From contig MFRW01000009.1 in the NCBI GenBank assembly GCA_001786575.1, forward strand, positions 24,979-88,978: a DNA stretch of 64,000 nt, read 5' to 3'. Source of the stretch: Candidatus Moranbacteria bacterium RIFCSPHIGHO2_01_FULL_55_24. GTDB taxonomy: Bacteria; Patescibacteriota; Minisyncoccia; Moranbacterales; UBA1568. Under the pieces are notes generated by a model. The model saw nothing but the letters and a program-made list of their open reading frames with translations. It had not been told where the DNA came from and made no database searches. The translations under genes were made by a program, and so were the position numbers. This document shows positions 35,280 to 45,258 of this stretch, in pieces; positions within the stretch are counted from its first letter, which is position 1, and every line of letters starts with the position of its first letter.

Positions 35280-36548
35280 TTAATTTTTTTCAAGCGATTG
35301 CATGCTGCGGCGCAAGATATGGGAAAGCATCTTCTCTTCTTCGATATGGTCGAGGAGGGCGAGATTCGCGAGTCCGATCGGGGTGATGTCCTGTGGATTG
35401 CCGAGGCGGCCGGTAGTATCGGTGATGCGGACGATATCTTTCGGTTGGAGATAGCTCACTTGAGGCGCTTTGGAGAAGGGCAATGATTGGGCCCATTCGG
35501 AAGCGCCGAGCGCCTGTTTGATGCCCGGGAGCCCTGATCCTCCTCCGCAAAGGAAAATGCGCGATGGCAGAAGGTCGGTCTCTGCGAATTCCAGAAGCGA
35601 GAGTTCGACTCCGCCGATCCAGACGCGGCAGTCGTCGGCAAAAAGCGCCGCGATGCGGCTGGCATCGGCTCCGGGGAGTTTGCCGAGAGAGTAGTCGATC
35701 TTCATGCGCTCGGCCGTATCGAAAGGGATCTGGAATTCCTGGGCGAGACGCTTGGTGAAGGCACGGCCGCCCAAAGCGAACATTTTCGTTCCCTCGAGTC
35801 CGCCGTTCCGCACGACTGCGATGTCGGTCGTTCCCCCGCCGACATCTATGAAGATAGCGCTGAAGTCGAGCATATCTTCCACTTCGATGGAGCGGGCGAC
35901 TGCGTATGGTTCTGCAGCGATGGAAAGGAGATCCAAGTCGAGTTCATCGGCGATCGTCTGGAGGGCGCCTAAGTGGATCATCGGCGCATAGGCGTTGAAG
36001 ACGCTCATCGAGACGTCTTTCCCCTGGAAGTTGACCGGGTTCATGACATGATAGCCGTCGATCCGCACGTCGACTATGGCGGCGTTGATGAGCTTCACCT
36101 CGATATCGTTCTGGCCGGTCTCCCAGGCGAGCTGCTTCTTGATGCGTTCGTAGGCCTTCTCCTGGACTTTCTGGATGATCATCTTGAGTTCCGGGATAGC
36201 GATGCGGATTTCCGGATTGACGCGCTCGTAGTGGACGGTCGTGGTCGTCCCCTTGACCAGCTCGCCGGCGATGCCGATGATGCTCTTCTCGACGCGCTTT
36301 ACCTTGGCCTCTTCTTTGGCGAGCGAGATGGCCTCACGCGAGGATTCGATCACGCCGCTGATATCGGAGACTGCTCCGCTCTGCATATTGCCGGCTTTCT
36401 GCGGAGCCCGGCCGACCCCGATCACCGTCCCGTGCTTCTGGTCGTTTTCGACGCGAAAAATAAGCGCTTTGACGACTTCGGTACCGATGTCGAGCGCCAG
36501 GATGAGGTCAGTCTCCTGTTTCCATGAAAATCCTGAAAAAAGTCCCAT
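35280..36548 (-). CDS. ftsA: actin-like ATPase of the FtsA family (cell division protein FtsA-like)
   Basis: Phosphate-1 LALDIGTEVVKA, phosphate-2 FIDVGGGTTDIAV, adenosine motif LCGGGSGLPGI. About 420 aa with a C-terminal amphipathic tail. A PilM-like alternative cannot be excluded by eye. Confidence 0.75.
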   Translation of the reverse strand: MGLFSGFSWKQETDLILALDIGTEVVKALIFRVENDQKHGTVIGVGRAPQKAGNMQSGAVSDISGVIESSREAISLAKEEAKVKRVEKSIIGIAGELVKGTTTTVHYERVNPEIRIAIPELKMIIQKVQEKAYERIKKQLAWETGQNDIEVKLINAAIVDVRIDGYHVMNPVNFQGKDVSMSVFNAYAPMIHLGALQTIADELDLDLLSIAAEPYAVARSIEVEDMLDFSAIFIDVGGGTTDIAVVRNGGLEGTKMFALGGRAFTKRLAQEFQIPFDTAERMKIDYSLGKLPGADASRIAALFADDCRVWIGGVELSLLEFAETDLLPSRIFLCGGGSGLPGIKQALGASEWAQSLPFSKAPQVSYLQPKDIVRITDTTGRLGNPQDITPIGLANLALLDHIEEEKMLSHILRRSMQSLEKN

Positions 36549-36594
36549 ACGGGTTTTATTATACCACCGTTTGCCGCTTCAATCGATGCGCGAA

Positions 36595-37626
36595 TCAGGA
36601 AATTTTCTGCGGTATGCATTTCTCTATGGCGCGCTCCATAGCTTGCTTCGAAAGCAGCCCTTTCGTCGCGCTGAAAGCGCTGATGACGCTCTGGCTGTTG
36701 GCCATGCCATAGCGGAGCGCCGTATCCAAAGTTTTCCCGGCAAGAAGCGCCCCGAAAAATCCGGAGGAAAAAGCGTCTCCGGCCCCGGTAGCATCTACTA
36801 CCGGTTCGCTTCGTTTCGGGACTGCGCACTGCCAGATCTGCTTGCCGTCAGAAGCCCAAGCACCGCGCCGGCCATCGGTCAGGCAGAGCGTCGGGACACC
36901 GGCGGCATGGAGTTTCCGGATGAGGATGGTCTCATCTTCGAGGCTCTCTCCGGCCTCATGAGGATGGCTCGGAAGCAGAAGCTCGATAGCCTCATCTTTG
37001 TTCAGCATGAGGACTGAAACTTCCTTCAAAAGCGAGAGGACGAAGGCTCCGTCGCTCTTGATATTGTGCTGGCCGGGATTTAGGGCGAGTCGGAAGCCGT
37101 AGCGCTTCTTGGCTTCGAGGATATGATGGACATTCCCCTTCCAGTCGCCGTTTAGGGAGCTGACAAAGACCCACTCGGCTCGAGCCAAGTCTTCTTCGCG
37201 GACCTGGAGCTTCTCGTTGGCATCGCGGTTATGGAAAATAGTGCGGTCGCCCCTTCCGGTGAGGACGATGATGGCGGAAAGATCCGTACTCGTATCGGAA
37301 AGCGTTTTGAGGAAGCGTGTGCTGACGCCTTCGCTTGAGAGGATTTTCCTGGCCCAAGAACCGATCTCGTCATCTCCCACGCAGCTATAGCAGGCGGCGC
37401 GGTGTCCGAGACGCGAGAGGCCTACGGAGACATTGGCGGCCACTCCGCCGATCCCTTCAGAGCGGTCCGGGATGCTGATCTTCCCGCCGATTTCGAAAGC
37501 CACCTTTTCCTTGGAGGTGATGTCTTCGGGGGTGTGTACGATCACGCCTTCGTCAGTCGGAAGGAAAATATCCTTGGAAATCGAACCGATACAGATGATC
37601 GGGCTCGCGAAGAAATTGCGGAACAT
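36595..37626 (-). CDS. PfkB-family carbohydrate kinase
   Basis: Ribokinase-like fold with a C-terminal DATGAGDAFSSGF anion-hole motif. Confidence 0.8.
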   Translation of the reverse strand: MFRNFFASPIICIGSISKDIFLPTDEGVIVHTPEDITSKEKVAFEIGGKISIPDRSEGIGGVAANVSVGLSRLGHRAACYSCVGDDEIGSWARKILSSEGVSTRFLKTLSDTSTDLSAIIVLTGRGDRTIFHNRDANEKLQVREEDLARAEWVFVSSLNGDWKGNVHHILEAKKRYGFRLALNPGQHNIKSDGAFVLSLLKEVSVLMLNKDEAIELLLPSHPHEAGESLEDETILIRKLHAAGVPTLCLTDGRRGAWASDGKQIWQCAVPKRSEPVVDATGAGDAFSSGFFGALLAGKTLDTALRYGMANSQSVISAFSATKGLLSKQAMERAIEKCIPQKIS

Positions 37627-37635
37627 GCTTTTGTT

Positions 37636-38919
37636 TTAATGTGTTTCTTGCCAGATTTTGAGCAAGCGATTGTACTTGGCGATGCGCTCGCCGCGCGACA
37701 GCGATCCGGTCTTGATGAATTCGGCACCTGTTCCGACAGCGAGATCGGCGATGAAGTCGTCGACGGTTTCCCCGGAACGGTGCGATATGACTGTGCGCAT
37801 CCCTTCTTTCTGTGCCAGGTGGATGCAGTCGAGGGTCTCGGTGAGGGTTCCGATCTGATTCGGCTTGATGAGCACGGCATTGCAGGCCCCTGTCTCGATG
37901 GCTTTCTTCAAGCGTGTGACATTCGTTACCAGGAGGTCGTCACCGATAAGCATAAGCGGAGCGCTCCAAGCGACCGGCACCTTCTCGAGTTTTTCGCGCA
38001 TGGTGTTCCAGCCGCTCCAGTCTTCTTCCTGGAGTCCGTCTTCGATGGAAACGACATTGTAGAGGCTGATCCATTCCCGATAGACGTTGATCAGGCTTTC
38101 ACGCGACAGCGAGACATTCTCCGGCTTCAGAGCGTACTGATCCTGATCCTTATCATAGAAAGAATTCGCGGCGACATCGAGGCCGATGAACACCTGCTTC
38201 CCGGGATGGTAGCCCGCTTCGGTGATCGCCTGGTTCAGGAGTTCCAATGCCCGCTTGTGGCTCTCCAGATGCGGTGCGAAACCGCCTTCGTCCCCTACTC
38301 CGATAGAAAGGTTCTCTTGGATGAGGAGATTCTTCAAAGTATGGAAGATCTCGCTTCCGGCACGAAGCTGTTCCGGATAGCCGACGATCCCGCTCGGGAT
38401 GATCTTGAATTCCTGGGCTGACAATCCGGAGTCGCTGTGCTTGCCGCCATTCAGCACATTGAACATCGGCACGGGATAAGAAACGTCCTTCTTCCGGCTC
38501 TTTCCGAAGAGTTTCTCGATGTGCTGGTAGAGTGGCAACCCCTGGCTCATGGCTGCCGCTCTGGCGGCCGCGAGCGAGACGCCGAGGATAGCATTCGCGC
38601 CTAAGCGCGCCTTGTTCTCCGTCCCATCGAGCGCGATAAGCGCCCGGTCGAGCGCCTCTTGGTCGCTCGGGTCGTGGCCGAGGAGAGCTGCTTCGATTTC
38701 GCTGGAAACGTGACTGACGGCCTGGCTCACGCCGAGGCCATGGTATTCGCTCGGTACGTTGTCGCGCAATTCTACGGCTTCGAAGGTACCGGTAGAGGCT
38801 CCGGACGGAACGCCAGCGGTCGCTTGTGTGCCGTCGTCGAGGATTACAGTGGCTTCAAGGGTAGGATTGCCTCTGGAGTCGAGGATTTGCCGGGCTGAAA
38901 TGCGGGTGATTTTTGCCAT
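37636..38919 (-). CDS. eno: enolase
   Basis: Full-length enolase signatures (ILDSRGNPT, LLIKPNQIGTLTET, SHRSGET). Confidence 0.97.
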   Translation of the reverse strand: MAKITRISARQILDSRGNPTLEATVILDDGTQATAGVPSGASTGTFEAVELRDNVPSEYHGLGVSQAVSHVSSEIEAALLGHDPSDQEALDRALIALDGTENKARLGANAILGVSLAAARAAAMSQGLPLYQHIEKLFGKSRKKDVSYPVPMFNVLNGGKHSDSGLSAQEFKIIPSGIVGYPEQLRAGSEIFHTLKNLLIQENLSIGVGDEGGFAPHLESHKRALELLNQAITEAGYHPGKQVFIGLDVAANSFYDKDQDQYALKPENVSLSRESLINVYREWISLYNVVSIEDGLQEEDWSGWNTMREKLEKVPVAWSAPLMLIGDDLLVTNVTRLKKAIETGACNAVLIKPNQIGTLTETLDCIHLAQKEGMRTVISHRSGETVDDFIADLAVGTGAEFIKTGSLSRGERIAKYNRLLKIWQETH

Positions 38920-38961
38920 ACGATCAGTAAAGGATTGGGCGGTTATGTTTCTTCTAGTGTA

Positions 38962-40011
38962 TCACGAGGTTTTGAGCGCCTCCAGGCCGGGAAGCGAGGC
39001 ACCGCTCAAGTAGTCGAGCATCGCGCCGCCGCCCGAAGAGACAAAGCCGATCTTGTTCATGACATTCGCCCGCTCCACGACGGCAAGCGACTCGCCTCCG
39101 CCGATGACGACATAGGCGTCAGTCTCAAGGATAGCGGACAAGATAGCGTCCGTCCCCATGTTGTAGGGCTTTTCCTCGAACTTTCCCAGAGGTCCGTTCC
39201 AGATGATAGTCTTCGCCATCTTGAGGATCTGCGAGTAATAGGCGATGGTGTTCGGACCGATATCGAGCCGACCCTCGGCGAAGTCTTGCGGAAGGAGCAC
39301 CTTCTCTCCGAAAGGGATCTTCTGATCGATAGCTTCGTTCGCGACTTTGCCGCCGACGAGGATGCAGTCGTAGTTCTTTTCGAAGGCATGGATGAGCGGA
39401 AGCTTGGTCTCGATCTTCGCGCCGCCGATAACCGCTACTGCCGGATGCGCCGGTGAGAAACGTACGCGGTCGAGTTCGTCGATCTCCTGGAGCAAACGGA
39501 AACCGGCATAGCTCGGAAGCATCTTCGGGAGAGCGGATACGGAAGCATGCGCCCGATGGCAGACGCTGAAGGCTTCATTCACATAGGCAGTGAACGGCTT
39601 GGCAAGGGCTTCCGCGAACGATCGGTCGTCCGCCTCTTCTCCGGGGAAGAAACGCACGTTCTCCAAGAGAAGTACGCTCCCCGGAGGAAGTGTCTCGAGG
39701 GCTTTCTCTACCTCTTCGCCGACACAAGTCGGAACGAAAACGACTTCTCTTCCGAGCGCTGCCTGAAGTGCCGGCACGAGGCTTTTGACGGAAAATTCTT
39801 CGCTCATTTTCCCTTCCGGCCGCCCGAGATGGGTCAGGAGAGCGACTTTGACGTTTTCGTAGGAGAGGATATGGTCGATGGTCTTTTTGACGATCTCGAG
39901 ACGGAAATGCTCTTCGATCTCACCGAGACGTGTCCGTTCTATGTTGAAGTCTGTCCGCACCAGGACGCGCGCGTCAGAAAAGTTGGCGTTTTCGATGGAG
40001 CGGAGTTCCAT
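38962..40011 (-). CDS. pgk: phosphoglycerate kinase (short, 349 aa)
   Basis: RTDFN N-terminal motif, GGGESL hinge and C-terminal GGGA motifs. Confidence 0.95.
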   Translation of the reverse strand: MELRSIENANFSDARVLVRTDFNIERTRLGEIEEHFRLEIVKKTIDHILSYENVKVALLTHLGRPEGKMSEEFSVKSLVPALQAALGREVVFVPTCVGEEVEKALETLPPGSVLLLENVRFFPGEEADDRSFAEALAKPFTAYVNEAFSVCHRAHASVSALPKMLPSYAGFRLLQEIDELDRVRFSPAHPAVAVIGGAKIETKLPLIHAFEKNYDCILVGGKVANEAIDQKIPFGEKVLLPQDFAEGRLDIGPNTIAYYSQILKMAKTIIWNGPLGKFEEKPYNMGTDAILSAILETDAYVVIGGGESLAVVERANVMNKIGFVSSGGGAMLDYLSGASLPGLEALKTS

Positions 40012-40027
40012 AAGGTTTGCAAAAAGT

Positions 40028-41140
40028 TTAGGCGCCCATTCCCAAGATCCCGATCATGACTCCGATCAAGGAAGTGATCGCCGTGAAAATCCAGGCGCGC
40101 ATGACGATTTTCGGCTCCGGCCAGCCTTTGGCTTCGAAATGATGATGGAGCGGCGCGGCCAGGAAGACTTTGCGTTTGAAGAAGCGTTTCGAGAAAAGCT
40201 GGATCGCCGCGCTTCCGGACTCGAGCACGTAGATGAAAACGATGATGAAGAGCACGATGACCGAATTCGTGAGCATGGCCACTACCCCGAGGGTCGTTCC
40301 GAGCGATATGGCGCCGGTATCGCCCATGAAGAAGCGTGCCGGATAGATATTGAACCAGAGAAAAGCGAGGAGCGCGCCGGCAAGCGCCGTACAGAAAGCC
40401 GCGAGATCCATGCTGTTCTGTGCGAATGCGATAAGCGCGAAAGAGCTGAACGCCGCGAGGAGCACTCCCGCATTCAGGCCGTCCAGGCCGTCGGTTTCGT
40501 TCGATGAGATGGCGGAGAAAAGGATCACGCCGATGAAGAGCGGGATGTACCACCAGCCGATAGAGAAATCTCCCATAGCGGGGATATGGATCGAGTCCCA
40601 GCCGAGTTTCTGGTAGAACCACCAGGCTCCGGCTCCGGAGATGATGAAAAGCCACCAGAAACGGAAAGCGAAACGCATGCCCCCGCCCTTATTGGATCCT
40701 TTGCCGCGGACGCTCAAATAGTCGTCGAAGAGGCCGAGGATGCCGGATGTCACCAGGACGAAGAGCGGCAGCCAGACCTGCGAGCGCTTCAGGAAGTCGA
40801 GGCGCGCGATGAAGTTGGTATCGGTCCAAACGGCGATGAGCGGGAAAAGATAGTGCGAGAGATACACCAGGATGAGTACGGTCATCCAGACTATCAGGCC
40901 TCCCATAGTCGGTGTTCCCGCTTTGGCTGCGTGGAGTTTGCTCACGAAGGTGAGCTGGTCGCCGTTGACGTCTTTTTCTTTGATCTTGATGCCGATCTTG
41001 TATTTATAGAGAATATGGGTCCAAATCGGCGTAATAAGGAAAGCCAAAAAGAAGGCAAGAAATCCGGTAGCGAGGACTTTCAGGATATTCAAGACCAGCG
41101 GAATGTTCTGGAATTGAGCGAATTGCCATTCTTGGACCAT
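40028..41140 (-). CDS. mraY: phospho-N-acetylmuramoyl-pentapeptide transferase MraY
   Basis: Ten-TM MraY with NETDGLDGL and HHHFE motifs. Start at ATG 41140 (MVQEWQF...) avoids overlap with the upstream carboxypeptidase gene. Confidence 0.9.
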   Translation of the reverse strand: MVQEWQFAQFQNIPLVLNILKVLATGFLAFFLAFLITPIWTHILYKYKIGIKIKEKDVNGDQLTFVSKLHAAKAGTPTMGGLIVWMTVLILVYLSHYLFPLIAVWTDTNFIARLDFLKRSQVWLPLFVLVTSGILGLFDDYLSVRGKGSNKGGGMRFAFRFWWLFIISGAGAWWFYQKLGWDSIHIPAMGDFSIGWWYIPLFIGVILFSAISSNETDGLDGLNAGVLLAAFSSFALIAFAQNSMDLAAFCTALAGALLAFLWFNIYPARFFMGDTGAISLGTTLGVVAMLTNSVIVLFIIVFIYVLESGSAAIQLFSKRFFKRKVFLAAPLHHHFEAKGWPEPKIVMRAWIFTAITSLIGVMIGILGMGA

Positions 41141-41163
41141 AGGTGCGTATCTTTGCGGATTAT

Positions 41164-42180
41164 TTATTGCCAATCGAAGGCCTGGAAGCTCCAGTCGAAC
41201 ATGGAGCGGATGCTCTGCCAACGGTACTGGTCGTCCAAGACGACGGCGACGATGTTTCGTTCCTGACTGTAGTCGGAAGCCACGGCAAGGAGCGAATAGC
41301 CGGCAAGCGGCGTAAAGCCGGTCTTGGTGCCGATGAGATTCGGCATCTGCCCGAGGAGCTCATCGGTGTTGTTGATCTCGTGGGTGTATCTGCCGTCTAT
41401 CGAGGTGATAGTGACGTGCTCTATGCGCATCATATCCCAAAGGATGTCATGTTTCAAAGCCTGGGCGGTGATGAGCGAGACGTCATAGGCCGAAGAATAG
41501 CATTCCTGCTCGCGTCCGTCCGGCTCAAGGCCCGATGGCGTGCAGAAGTGCGAATTCTTGAGTCCGAGCTCCTGGGCGCGCTCGTTCATGATAGCTGCAA
41601 ATCCCTCCTGGGTTCCGCCGAGGTGTTTCCCGAGTGCGATCGCGGCATCGTTCGCGCTGTTCATGAGCGCCGCTTTGAGGAGGTCGCGCACCGTCACTTG
41701 TTCCCCTGGCTTGAGGCGTTCGCTTACGCAGTAGCCCGAGCGCGGACAACCGATGCGCGTTCCTGGCGCGTAGATTGCTTCCTCATCGATGGTTACGGGC
41801 TCGTCCAGGTTCTTCACGCGTTCTATCACGATGAGCGCGGTAAAGAGTTTGGTGAGCGAAGCGATCTGGCGCCGGTCTCCGGCATTATGCTCATACAGCA
41901 CTTCCCCGGAATCGGCATCCAGGATCACCGACGCATGCGCTGTCGGGACGGCGAATCCGGGAGCGAAAGGCTTCATGATCGGCTGGAAGCCAGCGGCCAA
42001 TCCCCGGTTTTCTGATACCAGCGGAAGAGGCTTCTCTTGGAGCGGAGTGGCTTCGAAACGGCTCTTTACATGAAACAAGGTGCCCAGAAGAGATCCGGCT
42101 TCTGCCCGGACAGACCAGTGATCCGGCAGGAAAACGAGAGCGAGAGCGATGAAAGATGCGAGGAAGAAGATTTTCCGCAT
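41164..42180 (-). CDS. D-alanyl-D-alanine carboxypeptidase (PBP5-type serine peptidase) with signal peptide
   Basis: Signal peptide. SxxK (SLTK), SxN (SAN) and KTG motifs. Confidence 0.8.
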   Translation of the reverse strand: MRKIFFLASFIALALVFLPDHWSVRAEAGSLLGTLFHVKSRFEATPLQEKPLPLVSENRGLAAGFQPIMKPFAPGFAVPTAHASVILDADSGEVLYEHNAGDRRQIASLTKLFTALIVIERVKNLDEPVTIDEEAIYAPGTRIGCPRSGYCVSERLKPGEQVTVRDLLKAALMNSANDAAIALGKHLGGTQEGFAAIMNERAQELGLKNSHFCTPSGLEPDGREQECYSSAYDVSLITAQALKHDILWDMMRIEHVTITSIDGRYTHEINNTDELLGQMPNLIGTKTGFTPLAGYSLLAVASDYSQERNIVAVVLDDQYRWQSIRSMFDWSFQAFDWQ

Positions 42181-42186
42181 AGGGAT

Positions 42187-42789
42187 TTATGAGATTTCTT
42201 TGTTTTGTGGGACTGCACGGGTCTCCGGAAGCGTTTCTTCGGCATTGTCCATAAGGACCGTCAGGCGTTCATCCTGGGAAAGCGTCTCGAAGTCCGGCAG
42301 GTCTTCGCGCTTGCCGAGCCCGAGAGACTCGAGGAATTTGAAGCTCGGCGAGTAGAGATAGCCGCGCAGATCATTGGGATTCCCCTCGCGCTCGACGAGC
42401 TCCCGGAGGAGCAGGTTGCGGAGGGTAAAGCTGCAGTTCACGCCGCGGATCGTCTCTATTTCGGCACGGCTGATCGGCGCGCGGTAAGCGATGATAGCGA
42501 GCACTTCGAGCGCCGCTTTGCTCAAGTGTTCCTGAAGCGATGATTTGGTGATAGCTTCTACAGCGTTCTGGTTTCCGGCTTTGGTAGTCAGGCGGACCGC
42601 GTCGCCGTTCTCGATGAGTTGGAGTCCGGAGGAAGGGTCGTTCTCGTAGCGTTCCCGCAGAGCGGCAGCAGCGGCACGGATGTTCGGCTCATCAATCTCG
42701 AGAATCTTCGCGATTTTCCGGATCGGAAGCGGCTCACCGCTCACGAAGAGGATGGCTTCCAATGCTGCGATATCTTGGGGAGTCGGCAT
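42187..42789 (-). CDS. scpB: segregation and condensation protein B
   Basis: Tandem winged-helix ScpB pattern (EAILFVSGEPL...ISRAEIETIRGV). Confidence 0.85.
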   Translation of the reverse strand: MPTPQDIAALEAILFVSGEPLPIRKIAKILEIDEPNIRAAAAALRERYENDPSSGLQLIENGDAVRLTTKAGNQNAVEAITKSSLQEHLSKAALEVLAIIAYRAPISRAEIETIRGVNCSFTLRNLLLRELVEREGNPNDLRGYLYSPSFKFLESLGLGKREDLPDFETLSQDERLTVLMDNAEETLPETRAVPQNKEIS

Positions 42790-42795
42790 AGGAGT

Positions 42796-43512
42796 TTAGG
42801 ATACGGATTCTTTCATACGCTTGATGCGTATATCGCTGAAAAATTTCTCTTGTTCGACGAAGATGTAGCGTTGTTTGATGAGTTCCAGCATGGCCAGGAA
42901 GGAAACGATGATCTCTACCTTGTCCTGGGCGTTCCCTGACATCTCATGGAAGGATGATTCTGCACGGCTGGAAAGGCTCTCTTTCAGGTGGAGCATCTTC
43001 TCCTCCAGCGTGATGATGCTCTTGAGCTCCTTCTCCGGAAGCGCTTCGAAAAGCGGGATGGTCCCGAGCACGCTCTTGAAAGCGTCGGCCAGGTCTTCTT
43101 TGGAAAGGCCTTTCGGCGGATAGAAAAGCGAGGCGACACCGAGGAAGCTATCCCTTCCGGCCACTGCCCTTCCGGCGGCGAAAAGGTGTTCGAGCTTCGC
43201 TCCGGCTTCGCGGTATTTCTGGTAGATCCGCAGGTGCAGTTCGAGGTCCTCGATCGCTTCTTCCTCTTCTTCGGTGAAGTTAAGGATCGGCAGGAGGGCC
43301 CGGGATTTGACCAAAATCAGCCTGGTGGCTACCGAGAGGAACGAGGCCAGGTGTTCCAAGGAGATGTCTGCCCGCGCTTCGATGAACTCCAAAAACTGGT
43401 CAGCTACTTTCGCGAGGCTGACTTCGGTGATATCGAGCTTTTCTTTCTCAATAAGAGTCAAAAGGACATCCAGTGGACCCTCGAATTGTTCCAGACGGAT
43501 CCGGTATTCCAT
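42796..43512 (-). CDS. scpA: segregation and condensation protein A
   Basis: ScpA kleisin N-terminal (FEGPLDVLLTLIEKEKLDI) and C-terminal domains. ATG 43512 with SD aagagga is preferred. The track start 43557 is a TTG. Confidence 0.85.
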   Translation of the reverse strand: MEYRIRLEQFEGPLDVLLTLIEKEKLDITEVSLAKVADQFLEFIEARADISLEHLASFLSVATRLILVKSRALLPILNFTEEEEEAIEDLELHLRIYQKYREAGAKLEHLFAAGRAVAGRDSFLGVASLFYPPKGLSKEDLADAFKSVLGTIPLFEALPEKELKSIITLEEKMLHLKESLSSRAESSFHEMSGNAQDKVEIIVSFLAMLELIKQRYIFVEQEKFFSDIRIKRMKESVS

Positions 43513-43575
43513 AGGCTGATTCCTCTTGAGAATACCATTTTTACCCCTATTTTCCAAGGGTCCGGACGCTTCCGT

Positions 43576-44766
43576 TTAAGCCGATTCCAAGACCTCTTTC
43601 TCACTTTGCGTGTCTTCCAGCTTGAGTGCGCTTATGAAGCTCATCAGAAGCACGAATGCGGTCAGGAAGAGGAAGCTTTTAAGCGGGAAAACCAGGAACA
43701 GCGCTATGGAGATGAAAGCGCCGACCATATTGGCGACCGAGCGCGTGGTCCGGAAGAAAGCGATGACGTCGGCGTCGCTCTGGTCTATCTGCTTGTAGAA
43801 ATACGAGTCCCGGAGCACTTCGATGCCGGCAATCCCGACGCGCGTCGTGATCAGCATGAGCGTCACGAAGAGGAAGCTCTGCCCGGAGGAGAAGCCGAGG
43901 GCCAGGCAGCTTCCTGCCGTTATGAGAAGCGAGAGCGCGATAAGCTCTTTCTCGCCATAGGCACGGTCGGCGAGCACCCCGAGCGGGTACTGGAGGAGGA
44001 TGAACGGCAGGAGCATGAGGGTGAACATGATGCCGAGATCGTTCCAGCTATACCCGAGCCCGAGGAGATAGAGCGGCATGTACACGAGGAAGAGCGCGTA
44101 GAAGAAGTCCATGCCGAAGGAGACGACGTAGATATGGAAGAGATTCTTCTCCCGGAGCATCTTCCGGAAAGTGGTGCGCAGGCGGATGCGTTCCAGAAGC
44201 ACCCGGTTGTCATTCCGGAAAGAGAGCACTGCGATGGTGAAGACCAGCGCGTACCCGACGAGGAGCCAGAAGAAGATGCCAGCATACGTATCTTTCTCGA
44301 GCACCTTGATGGAGAGAAACGGCGCGAGGATGAGTCCCAGATTCATGATTGTCAGATAGAGTCCCCGGACTCTTCCGGAGACCGAGTCTTGCGAGTAGCC
44401 TTCGAGCAGGATATCCAGCGAGACCCAGGTGAGATTGATCGCGACGATGAGCAGGACCAGGATCGCGAGCGAAAGCCAGGAAAGCGGGAGGCTTGAGAGG
44501 AATGCCGAAGCCACGACTGTGATACCGAGAAAAAGATAGAGCGTGCGGGATTTCCCGAGGAAACGCACGAAGGCCTGGAGGAAGAAGAGGGCGAGCAGGA
44601 CGAGGGAAAAGGTGACGAAATAGAAGGCTCCCAGACGCTCGGTGCCGACGAGCGGTGCGATGTAGGCCGAAAGGATGTAGATAAGAAAAGCGTCGAGGAA
44701 ACCCATGAGGAACGAGACCAGGTTCACGAGGCGTACTTTCCGCCGATTATAGATTTCATCGTGCAT
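43576..44766 (-). CDS. MFS transporter
   Basis: Twelve TM segments. MFS loop motif between TM2 and TM3 ([11 protein letters not shown]). Confidence 0.8.
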   Translation of the reverse strand: MHDEIYNRRKVRLVNLVSFLMGFLDAFLIYILSAYIAPLVGTERLGAFYFVTFSLVLLALFFLQAFVRFLGKSRTLYLFLGITVVASAFLSSLPLSWLSLAILVLLIVAINLTWVSLDILLEGYSQDSVSGRVRGLYLTIMNLGLILAPFLSIKVLEKDTYAGIFFWLLVGYALVFTIAVLSFRNDNRVLLERIRLRTTFRKMLREKNLFHIYVVSFGMDFFYALFLVYMPLYLLGLGYSWNDLGIMFTLMLLPFILLQYPLGVLADRAYGEKELIALSLLITAGSCLALGFSSGQSFLFVTLMLITTRVGIAGIEVLRDSYFYKQIDQSDADVIAFFRTTRSVANMVGAFISIALFLVFPLKSFLFLTAFVLLMSFISALKLEDTQSEKEVLESA

Positions 44767-44784
44767 AGCGTTTTTCTTTTTTAT

Positions 44785-45186
44785 TTAACGGAGGCATCCC
44801 GGCACGTAGCCGGCCTTCCGGGCCTCTTCTTCGGAAGCGAAACAGCGCCGGTTCTCCGGCTTGATGCGCTTGGCCGGGGCGCAGCTCGGCAGATGGTATT
44901 TGTCCGAATTCTTGCTCCCGACAAAGAGACAATTCGCTTTCTCGGCGCTCGTCGCCACCGGCTCGAGACCGCTCTTCATACTCGTTTGAGTCTGGCTGGA
45001 ACCGGTACTTTGTTCCGGCGGCAGCGCTCCGTAATCAGGAATCTTGATGATCAGCGGCTCCGGGGAAGCCTTCCCGTTCTCGATCATCCGTCCGGCCTGG
45101 AAAGCCAGCATACAAGCCAAAAAAAGCACCGAAAACGGAAGGATTTTCCCCTTCTTTTCATTCCAGAATGCAAGGAGCTCGGGCAT
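44785..45186 (-). CDS. hypothetical membrane-anchored protein with Cys/His-containing C-terminal module
   Basis: Start at MPELLAFW with a TM anchor. C-terminal [35 protein letters not shown] loosely resembles the Ada-type metal-binding fold. Confidence 0.45.
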   Translation of the reverse strand: MPELLAFWNEKKGKILPFSVLFLACMLAFQAGRMIENGKASPEPLIIKIPDYGALPPEQSTGSSQTQTSMKSGLEPVATSAEKANCLFVGSKNSDKYHLPSCAPAKRIKPENRRCFASEEEARKAGYVPGCLR

Positions 45187-45196
45187 GGGAAGACAG

Positions 45197-45224
45197 TTGA
45201 CAATAGGATAAGATATGATATACT
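45197..45224 (+). promoter_or_regulatory. consensus promoter TTGACA-16-TATACT for rpmA
   Basis: -35 at 45197-45202, -10 at 45219-45224. Confidence 0.55.
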
Positions 45225-45258
45225 CATCCAGTATAACAAATCTGTAAGTAATCAGGCT

